Assembly (NCBI GenBank): GCA_965197925.1
Contig: CBDAOC010000019.1
Coordinates: forward strand, 416,001 to 480,000
Direction of reading: 5' to 3'
Origin: Nitrososphaerales archaeon
GTDB taxonomy: Archaea; Thermoproteota; Nitrososphaeria; Nitrososphaerales; UBA213
Length of the DNA stretch: 64,000 nt
Every line of letters starts with the position of its first letter. Position 1 is the first letter of the stretch. Position numbers and translations under genes: made by a program. The notes under the pieces were generated by a model. That model worked only from the letters and a program-made list of their open reading frames with translations. It did no database searches and was not told the DNA's origin. Positions 1 to 10,243 of the stretch are shown here, piece after piece.

Positions 1-2
1 TA

Positions 3-1118
3 CCGGCAGAGATTCAAGAGAAAAAAAGAAAGGGCTTGCTAAGAACGGGTTATACAACTGGCACATGCTCCACTGCTGCAACAAAGGCTGCATTAATTAC
101 TATGATATATGGAAACCCCGTTGAAGAAGTAACGGTAGATTTACCCAAAGGCAAGATTGTGACGCTAAAGATAAATCGTTGTAAGTTCGTAAACGACCAA
201 ACGGAATGTGTCGTAATAAAGGACGCAGGCGACGACCCCGATGTAACACATGGTGCGGAAATTGTGTCAACTATTTCATGGACAGATAATGTAGGAATTG
301 TGGAAATCTATGGAGGAAAGGGCGTAGGAAAAGTGACTAAACCTGGAGTTGGTCTAGAAATTGGGAAGGCTGCAATAAATCCAACCCCCTTGAGAATGTT
401 AAATGATATAGTTAAGAAGGTTGCAGTCGATCAGTTGAAGACTAGAGGCGTACAAGTTATAATTTCTGTGCCGAAAGGCGAGGAGTTAGCAAAGTTAACT
501 GACAATCCTAGATTAGGAATTGTAGATGGAATATCTATACTTGGTACAAGTGGCATAGTTTTACCATATTCAACAGGCTCCTTCACTGCTAGTATTAGGC
601 AGGGCTTGGATGTTGTTAAAGCAGTAGGCAATGACACTATTGTCCTGACCACTGGGGGAAGGAGTGAAGATTTCGCAAAAGACTTGCTTAGGTTGCCGGA
701 GCATTGTTACGTTCAGATGGGTGATTTCGTTGCCTATTCCGTAAGACAAGCTCTCCTTAAAGGTATGAATAAGGTGGTTATTGCGGGATTCATTGGAAAA
801 TTGTCAAAGATTGCAATGGGGGTCAAACAAACGCATGTAAAGGGATCTCATGTTGATATGGTGTTCATGGCTAATATAGCTAAGGAATGTGGGGCTAATG
901 AAGAGCTTGTCAATAAAATAATAATGGCCAATACAGCAAGACATGTATCAGAAATTGTTATGAGTAGCAAACTAAATGGTTATTTTGATTTGTTATGTGA
1001 AAAAGTACATTTTATGATGACTAATCATATAAAAGGACAGATACATATAGAGTGTATAATGTTTGACTTTGATAATAAGGTTTTAGGAAGATATCCAAAA
1101 AATTGTAATTTATATTAG
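3..1118 (+). CDS. cbiD: cobalt-precorrin-5B C1-methyltransferase (5' end probably outside the window)
   Basis: LRTGYTTGTCSTAA, KDAGDDPDVTHGA and GISILGTSGIV motifs; frame is open back to the window start. Confidence 0.95.
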   Translation, partial: PAEIQEKKRKGLLRTGYTTGTCSTAATKAALITMIYGNPVEEVTVDLPKGKIVTLKINRCKFVNDQTECVVIKDAGDDPDVTHGAEIVSTISWTDNVGIVEIYGGKGVGKVTKPGVGLEIGKAAINPTPLRMLNDIVKKVAVDQLKTRGVQVIISVPKGEELAKLTDNPRLGIVDGISILGTSGIVLPYSTGSFTASIRQGLDVVKAVGNDTIVLTTGGRSEDFAKDLLRLPEHCYVQMGDFVAYSVRQALLKGMNKVVIAGFIGKLSKIAMGVKQTHVKGSHVDMVFMANIAKECGANEELVNKIIMANTARHVSEIVMSSKLNGYFDLLCEKVHFMMTNHIKGQIHIECIMFDFDNKVLGRYPKNCNLY

Positions 1119-1124
1119 TAGTAA

Positions 1125-1593
1125 ATGACAAATCTAATGCAAGGTACCTCGAGAATAGCCGTGATACCACCTATTATTTACTTTTTTCCATTAATTGTGA
1201 GCGTGCTCCTACATTTTTTTGCCCCTTCCACTTCTGTCCAGTTCTTTACATCTTTTAATTGGCCCACTTTTTATTGTGATAGGAATTTTTATGACGGTGT
1301 GGGCCATTGGAAAGTTTCGACAGGTGGGGACGAGTGAGAAGGTCAATAAACCCACTTCAGCAATAGTTACTGATGGACCATACAAATTCACCCGTAATCC
1401 GATGTACCTATCTATAGCACTAGCTTATATTGGAATAGCTATTTCTTTCAATTCACTCATGGCCATGTTTTCCTTACCGTTGGTAATCTTAGTAATGCAG
1501 TTTTATGTAATTAATCGGGAGGAAAAATATCTAGAGAGAAAGTTTGGGAAGGAGTACTTGCACTACAATGCTAGAGTCCGACCCTGGGTCTGA
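1125..1593 (+). pseudogene. isoprenylcysteine carboxylmethyltransferase-family membrane protein, frameshifted
   Basis: N-terminal IAVIPPIIY (ORF 1125) joins the GPYKFTRNPMY...EEKYLERKFGKEY...VRPWV frame (ORF 1219) across a T7 run at 1214-1220; could be a sequencing error. Confidence 0.75.
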
Positions 1594-1635
1594 TCTTGTT
1601 TGTAGAATTTCATACTGTGCCAATTCTTAACTCAC

Positions 1636-1773
1636 CTAAATGATATGGTGTATGAAAGGACTAACTAGATCTGATGCCGCAAGTCTTCTACCACTATTTG
1701 TGGTTACAATTGAACCCACAGAAAGCAATAACGCTAATCCCATTACTATAGCCATAGGTTTGTTTGAATCCAT
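1636..1773 (-). CDS. small hydrophobic ORF or truncated secreted protein (45 aa)
   Basis: MDSNKPMAIVMGLALLLSVGSIV..., signal-peptide-like; read by hand. Confidence 0.3.
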   Translation of the reverse strand: MDSNKPMAIVMGLALLLSVGSIVTTNSGRRLAASDLVSPFIHHII

Positions 1774-1889
1774 GAGTTTCTTGTGTAAAAGAAAAATAAA
1801 AGAGATACCGCCAGCAATTCTACAAAAAATATATTAGAAATAATTTAATACAAGTTAACGGCAATTGTATAGGTTGATAAATGAATTAG

Positions 1890-1987
1890 ATGTTGGAGGG
1901 AGTGTGTAAGGTGAGTAGTTCTGGACGGAGGCAAAAAAGAGAAGGTAATGTTACCAAATATGAACTGTATACGTTAGTATCAACTTA
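1890..1987 (+). pseudogene. 5' piece of the cupredoxin-domain gene split by the IS5 plus integrative element
   Basis: ATG at 1890 reads MLEGVCKVSSSGRRQKREGNVTKYELYTLVST and continues in frame at 12906 (YFRWHAS...) once one TTA duplication is removed. Confidence 0.75.
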
Positions 1988-2154
1988 GAGCCTATCCTAA
2001 AATTCTAGCTGATAGTTAATGATTGGTAGAAATGATAACATTTAGAATGCAAGAATATTAGTTCAAACTGTCGGGTTTAGTTTTCTTACTATTGATTTTA
2101 TTAGTATTGTAGATAGTAGATACTAGAAACAGTTGCATTAACGTGTTTATGACA

Positions 2155-2948
2155 CTACCAATATATCGCTCTATACACTATTAGGCAGTTAGCAAATTCT
2201 ACTAGCGCCTGATAATTTTCCTTCTTCTTCTCGAACCTTACCAATAACTTTCTGAACCTATTATGCCAAGATGCGGTTCTTTCTACAACCCATCTCTTTG
2301 CTTTGTACAAATTCTTTTTCAATACTTCACCCTTATGACGAATGTGATCCACATATCCCCTTCCTAACTCCATACTCTATCTCTGGAAAATCATATCCTA
2401 TTCATGCATATGTTCTGTTTAACTTTGGGCCTATCAACAACAATGCTATCTATTGTAGGAAAGGCTGATTTCATATCGTGTTTATTTGCTTCAGTAATTA
2501 CAGATGAGAGGTACTCCTCTTCTATCAACCAGCATGTGACGTTTGGTACCTAGCTTGCCTCTATCCGTTGGGTTTGCTCCGGTCGTTTTCCCCCTAATGG
2601 GGCCTTCGGTACGCTATCCATGGATTGCCAGTCCCATCCTATACCCTTCAATTCATCATATATTTCCAGCAGCCTCTTCCATACCTTCTTGAATACTCCT
2701 ATCCCAATCCATTCCTGAAATCTTGCATGGCAAGTTGAGCCAGAACCAAATTCTTTCGGCACCTTCTTCCACTGGCATCCAGTTCTTAATACGTACAGTA
2801 TTCCATTCAATACTTTTCTAAATGGTACAGCTGGCCTTCCAACTGTTCTTGCTGGTTTCTCTGGTGGCAACACTAGTTTGAACTCTTCCCATAGATTGTC
2901 TGGTATATGCCATATAGTCGGCATGCTCTTTTTCTTTGATTTTCTCAC
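2155..2948 (-). pseudogene. IS5-family transposase, fragmented
   Basis: orfA LNGILYVLRTGCQW; C-terminal RWVVERTASWHNRFRKLLVRFEK; GGGGAAAA slippery site plus extra frameshifts. Confidence 0.9.
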
Positions 2949-3052
2949 AAATTTAGCTAGAGAGGACAGATCTAGAATATATGAAAACGTAAACTAGCCA
3001 TTTTAAAATTTTGACAAATCTGACGACCATTATATAAGGAGTAAAAATAACT

Positions 3053-3375
3053 GATGTGTCGAATAATTATCCAAAAGATCGTGTTCGGTTGACAGAATAA
3101 GATTTTGATCACCATAACTATGCAGCATCATGCCAGATAGAAACTGGAAAGAATACAATGAGGCACCCGTTAGAAGGGGGGAGATACTGTTGGATATGGA
3201 CTTCATAGATACATGGCCAGATGAGCTGGCAAAAATGAATGATGGAAAGGTAAGGGAAACCATTCGATTACCCGAAATCGCTGACAAGACTACTGGCAAT
3301 TATGCATGCGTATTTGCCGCCATACGGGCAGTCGGAAGGACTTGCATTGACGAGTCATACAGGTTTGAAGGCACC
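3053..3375 (+). mobile_element. IS5-family (IS903-like) 5' remnant
   Basis: RNWKEYNEAPVRRGEILLD motif; left end resembles 45787. Confidence 0.75.
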
Positions 3376-3803
3376 GGCTCTGTAGAAACCATACCATAAA
3401 TACAGTCAACCTATACATGTTGTAGGCTATCACTTTGAACATCAATTCCCTATTCTTCATCTTCACCATTCTTGATGCTATACGGTCACCAAGCATCCTC
3501 TTTACCACGGACAGTATCGTCTCATTCTTGTTCCTCTGATAGTAAAGTTGTTTGTAGAATCTTCTCTTCATCTGCTTCCTATACCCTCCATACGTTCTCC
3601 ATATTGGAACATCTTCATATCTGGCAGGCATGATACTGGCAGCATCAGGTTCTTTTCATACAAATTCATGATTTGCTTCACCATCTTCACTATCATAACC
3701 CTTGTCTGCTACAACGATAGATAATGGCATTATGTTAGATGTTCTTTCCATAATGGGTCTGAAATCTATGGTATCATGCTTAGGAGCACGCCTGATCTTC
3801 ATT
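3376..3803 (-). mobile_element. DDE transposase IS 3' remnant (same family as 58771-59731)
   Basis: Terminal GGCTCTGTAGAAACCATA; ADKGYDSE and YYQRNKNETILSVVKR. Confidence 0.85.
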
Positions 3804-3804
3804 A

Positions 3805-4848
3805 GACCTATTACGTAATTAGGAATCGTAACTACCTTAACCTCAGCCAGATGCTCGCTCTTCATAACATCATTCCTTTACTTCGCATCATTCTGAAGTT
3901 CACCAAACCAGAAACTATATCGGAAGCATTATTGTAGTGTTTTAGCCTATTCCTGAACCTTGTTCCCATTATATTGAACTTCCTTGCTTTGCTTATTGCA
4001 TGCCCAACCACAAACCTCTTCCTTGCAAGCCTTTTATTCTTCCTTCCTTCCGTTTTCGACAGCTTTCTCTTTCTCTTCTTCTTTACCGGTAGAACACACC
4101 CCATGTCAGGAAAGTCATTCTGGACTCCATTGTATCCCAGATCGAAATGATTCTCAACCCGTGAAGGAGTCATGGGATGCTTCCCATAGATTGAATAATC
4201 GTGCTTCCTCACACTCTCATGACCTGTCTTATGGAGTATCAAGCCATTGTCATTCACCATGTACTGGATCTTCAGTATGCCTCTTCCTCTTGCCCGAGTA
4301 GTAGCACTTCCTTCTCCTCTTATTCTTGGGCCTGAGTATCTCCTGCCCTGCAGCATCGATGAATGTCCTGAAACCAGGAAAGTATAGTTCAACCCCTTCC
4401 ATGGCTCTGGCTCTTCTTGACATGCTGTACAGTTTCCTTGGAAGTGGGATGCACTTCTTTACGAGAGATTCCAGCATGTGTATATCTCTATACACATTGC
4501 CCTGGCCAGGATCAAGGAGGAAGCCGGAGAGCGTGTATGTTATGTATAGCTTGTAATAGACCAGAAGCATCAGGAACCTGTCCTTTAGCCCAGGCTTGAA
4601 TTTCCTTCCGGCATCGATATCTCTTTTTCTCCTTTCGGACAGGCGTCTTCTTTCATACTCATACCTTGATGTTATCTCCCTGTAGATGGCATCGAATTCT
4701 GCCACTTCCAGTCCGGTGAATGATTTGAATAACGATGGCTTCCTGAAGAGGCATGTATAGTTCAGCGATGGCATGTATACTATAGATACAAGCCCTGATC
4801 TGATCGTTTCGATTCAGGCTACAGAATTGTCTAATTACGCAATAGGTC
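3805..4848 (-). mobile_element. IS5-family ISL2-like element, frameshifted transposase (3862-4774)
   Basis: TIRs GACCTATTACGTAATTAG / CTAATTACGCAATAGGTC; FKSFTGL, YYSGKRKRHT and DLGY motifs. Confidence 0.85.
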
Positions 4849-4869
4849 TACTGTAGTCAAAATTAGTCA

Positions 4870-5237
4870 TACTGCGGGTTAAGACAAGAATCCGACTCGT
4901 AAGTTTTTCTACCGGCTTCTGACCTTATTTTACTAGAAACCGCATACTCTGGGAAATCATAACAGACATCGTGGATAATATCCATTAACGTCATCTGATT
5001 ACAATGGTCAGCAATTCTTTTCCTCAATTCATTAGCATATCTCTAGTTTTCTTTTCTGAACGGCCCAAATCTTTCACGACCTGCTGGTGTCAGTGCAAAT
5101 CTATCGACCCAGTGGCCAAATGAACTCTTGACTTTATGTTTGTCAGCAAAACCATCTCCAATTGGAGACTCTACATCCTGTGCTAGGCTTGGACTAGGAC
5201 CATGGTTGCTTGCCATCCAATCTTGATAAAACCTTGT
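4870..5237 (-). pseudogene. Panacea/SocA (DUF4065)-like antitoxin-domain remnant
   Basis: Hand translation FYQDWMASNHGPSPSLAQDVE...RFALTPAG...*...LMDIIHDVCYDFPEYAVSSKI; internal stop, 5' end missing. Confidence 0.5.
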
Positions 5238-5299
5238 CTAGGCCTTTTATTTTCTTTGAACCTAAAAACGCATATTTCTGCAATCTAGTTGCACCATCA

Positions 5300-5600
5300 A
5301 TCCAATGTGGTAAAAAACAGATCGTTAGATCGGTTTTGGTAAAAACTGGCAAGAATTCACCAATTCTTTACCTTTACCAGTTTGGTAAAAACCGCTAGGT
5401 GGGGGTTTTTGTAAGCGTGCCAAAATGGTAAATGGTAAGCGTGAAAATGCTATTGGTAAGGAATTTTGAAAATGGCAGGCTCACCATTTTGGTAAACTGT
5501 TTGTGGGATAAAAGCGATAAAAAACATCACCAGTCAAATGGTAAAGATTTTGTGAACCTATTTTATTTTTGTAAAATATTTGAAGTGCAAGTGGTAACAT
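5300..5600. repeat. cluster of TGGTAA/TTACCA motifs in non-coding DNA
   Basis: About ten copies, including the inverted pair TTTACCA-GTT-TGGTAAA. Confidence 0.6.
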
Positions 5601-5776
5601 CACGGATATGATAGGCGTGATTGTGATATTGCAGTCATAAAAAGTCATAAATGATTATTTCCCGAATAGTGTTGTTTGTGATATTTGCAAGTCTAATCAT
5701 AAATGAAAAATTGTATTTTTACACACCATTTGAAAAAATACATCCCTTTCCTGCAACTAGTACCGTGATAGCTACG

Positions 5777-5821
5777 GTTCTGGCAGATTCTAGTGATCAG
5801 ATCACCAGAATCTGCCAGAAC
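5777..5821. repeat. 45-bp near-perfect palindrome
   Basis: GTTCTGGCAGATTCTaGTGATC-A-GATCACcAGAATCTGCCAGAAC, 22-bp arms with one mismatch. Confidence 0.9.
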
Positions 5822-6540
5822 ATGCCCGAACCACGCTCCATCAGTTTTGTTTTAGTTTCAGGTTTTACACATACCGGAGTATCGTCAGATGATTTAAAAA
5901 GCAATTCTAGTTCTTTTTTACATAATAAATCGCTAATCGCAATACCTGAATTGAGTTGTTTTAAGGGAGGAAGCAGACTATAGTATGGTGGTTGTTCTAA
6001 ATCTGCCATTGCACATAAACTAGGTGTGGGAAACATTGACACACCTGAAGCTATCACCTCGATTGTATTGGTATCTGCAGTTAACGGTATTTCCAGGATT
6101 CGTGCCTCATCAGTAGAGTTTTCCTCGTATTCTACCCCGAGCCCGTCAACAAGTACGATGAATATATCGTCTTCGCTAGGTTTTCCATCACGTACGAATT
6201 TCATATCAAGCATCTGTCTTGGTATGTAGATTGTTAAGGTTTCTTCCTTAGCTTCTTGCATATAAATCAATAAATTCGGCCACACACAATCAAGTTCTAT
6301 TTTTTGTATAATTGAATCCGATACCTTATATGGGATGTGATACACATAATGCCCGTATACTAAATAATAGATCTCGTAATTAGGATCGGAAAAAGGATCA
6401 GTATTATCTGTTTCAATAGCAAAAACGGGCAGCAAAAAAAATGTAAATAGAACTAAAGTGGCAATACTAGTGAGTGCAAGAAAGAAATAATTATTTTTAG
6501 AATATGGAAAATAATTTATTTTATTTGTCATCATGACCAT
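5797..6540 (-). CDS. secreted/surface protein, thaumarchaeal PEFG-CTERM-like domain with PLKQ...C...CVKP...ERG tail
   Basis: N-terminal TM helix; TLTIYIPRQMLD...FIVLVDG..VEYEE...IEVIAS; the C-terminus runs into the palindrome. Confidence 0.7.
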   Translation of the reverse strand: MVMMTNKINYFPYSKNNYFFLALTSIATLVLFTFFLLPVFAIETDNTDPFSDPNYEIYYLVYGHYVYHIPYKVSDSIIQKIELDCVWPNLLIYMQEAKEETLTIYIPRQMLDMKFVRDGKPSEDDIFIVLVDGLGVEYEENSTDEARILEIPLTADTNTIEVIASGVSMFPTPSLCAMADLEQPPYYSLLPPLKQLNSGIAISDLLCKKELELLFKSSDDTPVCVKPETKTKLMERGSGMFWQILVI

Positions 6541-6584
6541 TTGATTTCACAACAAAAAAAGAAAGAATATTTTTCCTTGTTTTA

Positions 6585-7228
6585 TCATTTACTGATTGTC
6601 CACGTGGTTCTATTCATAGTTATGCAGTTCTCTAGAGAATTTCTATCTGCAGGTGAAGTCGGGGCCTGTGATGTCTCATTTCCAGCAGAATCTAGATACT
6701 TGTATTTGGTAAACTGCATACTAAATGTTGGATAATGAGAACATGTGGTACTTGCTGTTTCTATTCCCATTCTGTGTCCTCCGCCTCCAGTTCCTAAATA
6801 GAGAGTTGTGTTTGGGGCCTGTTGGATCTGATAGCTATTCAATACTCCTTGCGTATGATCCTGATACGCTGCAAGCCAAGTGCCATTGCTATTGAACAGC
6901 GATAATGTGATATCGTGTCCAGCTGGATCAAAGGTCACTGGCTCGTATTTCTCCCATATCTTTGTACCTCCATCTAAATAACCACGCCAGAAGTACCACC
7001 CCTCTCGGTCATACCAGATATATCCTTAACGTATATAAAATTACATTCAACGTAATTCCCACGAGGATTTTCAAGATATGCAAGCAGTTGTGGTCCTGAT
7101 GCCCAAGAATTTGAATTAATTGCTATAGTTTTCAAAGCACTTGGAAGCACACCTCTTGTTCTGTTTCCGTATGGCACAGGCGTGGTATTTGGCCACTGCA
7201 TCAAAAATCGAAATCCAACATTAGCCAT
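6585..7228 (-). pseudogene. hypothetical beta-rich protein, frameshifted near 7010
   Basis: ORFs 6974-7228 and 6585-6938 join via DREGWYFWRGYLDGGTKIWEKYEPV. Confidence 0.5.
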
Positions 7229-7439
7229 TGTCTCTTACCTTTCTTTTCTACAATATAAAAGCTTTCACGACTTATTCCAATAAGCGGATTTACATTTAGG
7301 ACACAAAACACAGAGTATCTAGGAATATTAATACAATAGTTATAAGTGATGTTTTTGTTTAGTTACAGTAATTCTTAATAGAATAACTAAGCGGTATTTG
7401 AATTACTGCATTTTTAGACCAAGATAGAAGAATTAAAAA

Positions 7440-7593
7440 TTCTAGAACCATAGTTTTTAGCCCATTGTATAGAAATATAGAATATAGAATTACACCATTA
7501 GATCAATGTAAGATTTCATTCATGCCTATGCATGAAAGAATCACGATACGTGAAACTTGCAGAAACGATACTCAATGTCTTGATAAGGGCTAG
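7440..7593 (+). mobile_element. 5' stub of the 58771-type IS
   Basis: Encodes MKESRYVKLAETILNVLIRAR; upstream matches the 59645-59731 end. Confidence 0.75.
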
Positions 7594-7621
7594 AAGTTAA
7601 CAGAACTAAGCCTAACAGTAT

Positions 7622-7990
7622 GTGAACAAAGGATCTAAATCTAATACAGATAATATATCATACATGTTCGTTGGACTAGATATACGCAAGAACTACATAC
7701 AAGCAGCTATTATGGATGAACAAGGAAGTATAGGAAGAGAAGTATTCAAAACAATGTACATGATATTGAGAAATTCTTTACCAACATTACGGATGCCAAG
7801 GTAGTTATGGAGCCATCAAGCATATGGTACCACATATACAAGCTCTTGAGCAAAGTACCAAGTTGTCTTAATCCTATCAAGACAAAAGCCATTGCATCTA
7901 CAAAGACAAATAGATAGATGCTAGAATACTTGCTGATCTTCTACGGGGAGGATACATAGCCGAGTGTTATGTTCCTGATGAAACTGTCGA
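7622..7990 (+). pseudogene. IS110-family transposase N-terminal remnant
   Basis: FVGLDIRKNYIQAAIMDEQG...VMEPS...DARILADLLRGG across frames. Confidence 0.75.
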
Positions 7991-8099
7991 CAGAAACGCT
8001 TAAGAGCAGTTCACATGGGTATCCGAAAATCCTATTTCAGAGATTGTATTCTTATCGATGCTCTTATACCGCCAATAATTATATCGGAATGTGATAGAT

Positions 8100-8465
8100 G
8101 GACTTACCAGTGAATTGCTCTTTATACTATTATTAGACAGTTAACAAATTGCTCTTCCAAATGCCCGATAATTCTCTTTCTTCTTCTCATATCTTGTTAA
8201 CAACTTGAACCTGTTATGTTATGACGCTGTCCTCCCTACAACCTATCGTTTTGACCTAGGATTTTCTTCTTTATCATTATTCTTTATCATACCTTCTGTC
8301 TAATGTGATCAATATGTCCCTGATCAATATGTCCTCTCTCCATCGACTCTTCTTGTATTTCAGGAAAACTTGTCCATACACACATATTCTATTCTGTTTT
8401 AGATCTATCAATTACGATATTGTCTATTGCAGGAAAGATTGATTTCATATCGTGCCTGTTTCAGT
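8100..8465 (-). pseudogene. IS5-family transposase C-terminal remnant
   Basis: Degenerate match to 62815-63155 (KR*VVGRTAS*HNRFKLLTRYEKKENY). Confidence 0.7.
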
Positions 8466-8698
8466 TCGTGAAATGTCTGCATTATTGGGCATGTAATCTT
8501 GTTAGGTTTCCAGATGCAGTATTTCAGCCCCGTAATTCCTGGATTTTGTTCCGTCACTGTCTTATTACGCAGGCACTTGAGAATGAAGCCTTTGAACTTC
8601 CTGTTAATACTCTCAACATCTGTATCTGCAAGTAATCGCTCTAATTCCTCAGCTTCTTCGGCGGTCCATATTAAAAACGAGCGATATTTGCTGGGCAT
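8408..8698 (-). CDS. element hypothetical protein downstream of the integrase (C-terminus IS-derived)
   Basis: Starts 4 nt after the integrase stop. Confidence 0.5.
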   Translation of the reverse strand: MPSKYRSFLIWTAEEAEELERLLADTDVESINRKFKGFILKCLRNKTVTEQNPGITGLKYCIWKPNKITCPIMQTFHELKQARYEINLSCNRQYRN

Positions 8699-8702
8699 CT
8701 AC

Positions 8703-10103
8703 TTACTCCCTCAAATGTGGTGCGGAACCATTGTGGTAGTATCCTATGGCGCAACGCATGCTGCAAAAATAATCATAATTCTCATCTTTGATTTCTGGTG
8801 GATTATGGAAGTAGCAAACGTCCTGCATGAGTATGGCCTCTGCAGTTGTGCGTGCGTACACCTTTAGCAGTGTGTTGACATCATCCCATCCCATTGATGC
8901 TACAAGGGTTGCATTGCTTGCCGTCCTGCGCATCGCCACATGCGCCCCGCTGTGCCTTAACACGTATACTAGCTTGTTTGCCCAGTACCATTCATCAGTT
9001 CCTTTGGGATAACTCCACTTCTGGTGCATGCCATTGTGCTCGTCATAATGTGACCTGTCAATTTTGCCTAGGGATACATAATAATCACTTAGTGCAGATG
9101 CAAGTTCGCTCTCCAATGCGACGACGCGGGTATTGTTACCGACATAGCTGCCACAGAATGTTGCACCGTGCTTCACACGCTTGATTATTTCAATCACCTT
9201 GGGATGTATTGCCATCTTGTCAAAGGCACGGTCTGTTTTGGATTCATACAATTGCATGATTGCATATTCACCATGAACGCCCTTGGCATCGATTGGCTTG
9301 ATCTCAAATTTGTTCACCATCGTGATTCCCGTCTTGGTCCTGGGAAAGACCTCGTGCAGCACGGCAAACAATTCCTCAAAACCATAACCATGCATGAACT
9401 TGAGCCCCCGTTCAAACTCCCTGTCCGTAAGCTTCACATTGGCATATGCGCCAAAACGCTTCTTCCTGCCTGACATGATACCTGTGATCCCACGTGGAAT
9501 AGCGATGCCATTCCTGATCATGAAATTACGGGTCGATGATATGTAACGGGTTATCTCCCTGGAACTGAAATCGATATTATTGAGTTGATGTGCGTACCTT
9601 GCCTCTCCTGCCTTGAACATTCTTTCAAACTCCTTTAGCAAGGCAACGCTTGTGTCAATGTCCTGCAGGAATGCATCCGGGTGAACATTCAGCGTGTTGC
9701 ATACAACGTTCAGGCCTTGTATCATATGGTTAACCGATACCACTGGCTGCCCATTCTTTCCAGCGGTCATCAAGTCGTTGAACCATTTCTGGACTGATGG
9801 AATCTGCAGGAATTCAGACTTTGCCATTTCTGCATATTGTACCTGCTTCCTGTCCTGTTCTGACCTGAGTAGATGACCAGTATTGGGATCTTTTTGTAGT
9901 TTCCCAGCCTTGACTAATTTATTCCATTCCAACCATACCCATTGTTCTGAACGATTCATGAGGGAGGCAATTTCGCTCCTGCTCTTTGATGAAATGCCTT
10001 TGGACTTGTTGCCGATTGTATGTTCATATACCATCTGGGTTAGTTGCTGTTGATCTTCCTCGCCACCGGCACGGTTCTTCTGCCAGGAGAATCTAGTTCT
10101 TAT
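8703..10103 (-). CDS. tyrosine recombinase/integrase with N-terminal HTH and C-terminal Cys motif (first ATG at 10034, probable ATA start at 10103)
   Basis: FPR (Arg), ESKT (Lys), YVLRHSGA, MGW and KVYA (Tyr) motifs in canonical order. Confidence 0.8.
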   Translation of the reverse strand: MRTRFSWQKNRAGGEEDQQQLTQMVYEHTIGNKSKGISSKSRSEIASLMNRSEQWVWLEWNKLVKAGKLQKDPNTGHLLRSEQDRKQVQYAEMAKSEFLQIPSVQKWFNDLMTAGKNGQPVVSVNHMIQGLNVVCNTLNVHPDAFLQDIDTSVALLKEFERMFKAGEARYAHQLNNIDFSSREITRYISSTRNFMIRNGIAIPRGITGIMSGRKKRFGAYANVKLTDREFERGLKFMHGYGFEELFAVLHEVFPRTKTGITMVNKFEIKPIDAKGVHGEYAIMQLYESKTDRAFDKMAIHPKVIEIIKRVKHGATFCGSYVGNNTRVVALESELASALSDYYVSLGKIDRSHYDEHNGMHQKWSYPKGTDEWYWANKLVYVLRHSGAHVAMRRTASNATLVASMGWDDVNTLLKVYARTTAEAILMQDVCYFHNPPEIKDENYDYFCSMRCAIGYYHNGSAPHLRE

Positions 10104-10243
10104 GTTCCCTCACCTTGACGGCATTCCATGCACAAAAATTCACGATCGGCTGGATTCGAGCAGTCGCACTTCCCTATCGTGCTGTGAAAGCTGCATCCAG
10201 CGCATCTTATCTTATGCTCATGTATCGATACATTGGTAGTCAT
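10100..10243 (-). CDS. 47-aa zinc-finger microprotein (possible excisionase or regulator)
   Basis: MTTNVSIHEHKIRCAGC...CDC...FLCMEC; ATGA overlap with the upstream RHH gene; conserved at 41407-41550. Confidence 0.75.
   Translation of the reverse strand: MTTNVSIHEHKIRCAGCSFHSTIGKCDCSNPADREFLCMECRQGEGT

Noticed and set aside
1640..1837. Plus-strand 65-aa ORF
   Set aside because: Looks like the antisense shadow of the minus-strand hydrophobic ORF.
5300..5760. CRISPR array
   Set aside because: Repeats are 6-9 bp and irregularly spaced; no constant repeat-spacer units and no cas genes.
5651..5983. Plus-strand ORFs 5651-5983 and 5210-5398
   Set aside because: They are antisense to a better gene or run through repeat DNA, with no recognisable motifs.
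8703..10103. Protelomerase call for the integrase
   Set aside because: Nearby palindromes are suggestive, but the direct-repeat junctions fit integration and I see no telomere-resolvase-specific evidence; this needs a structure search.
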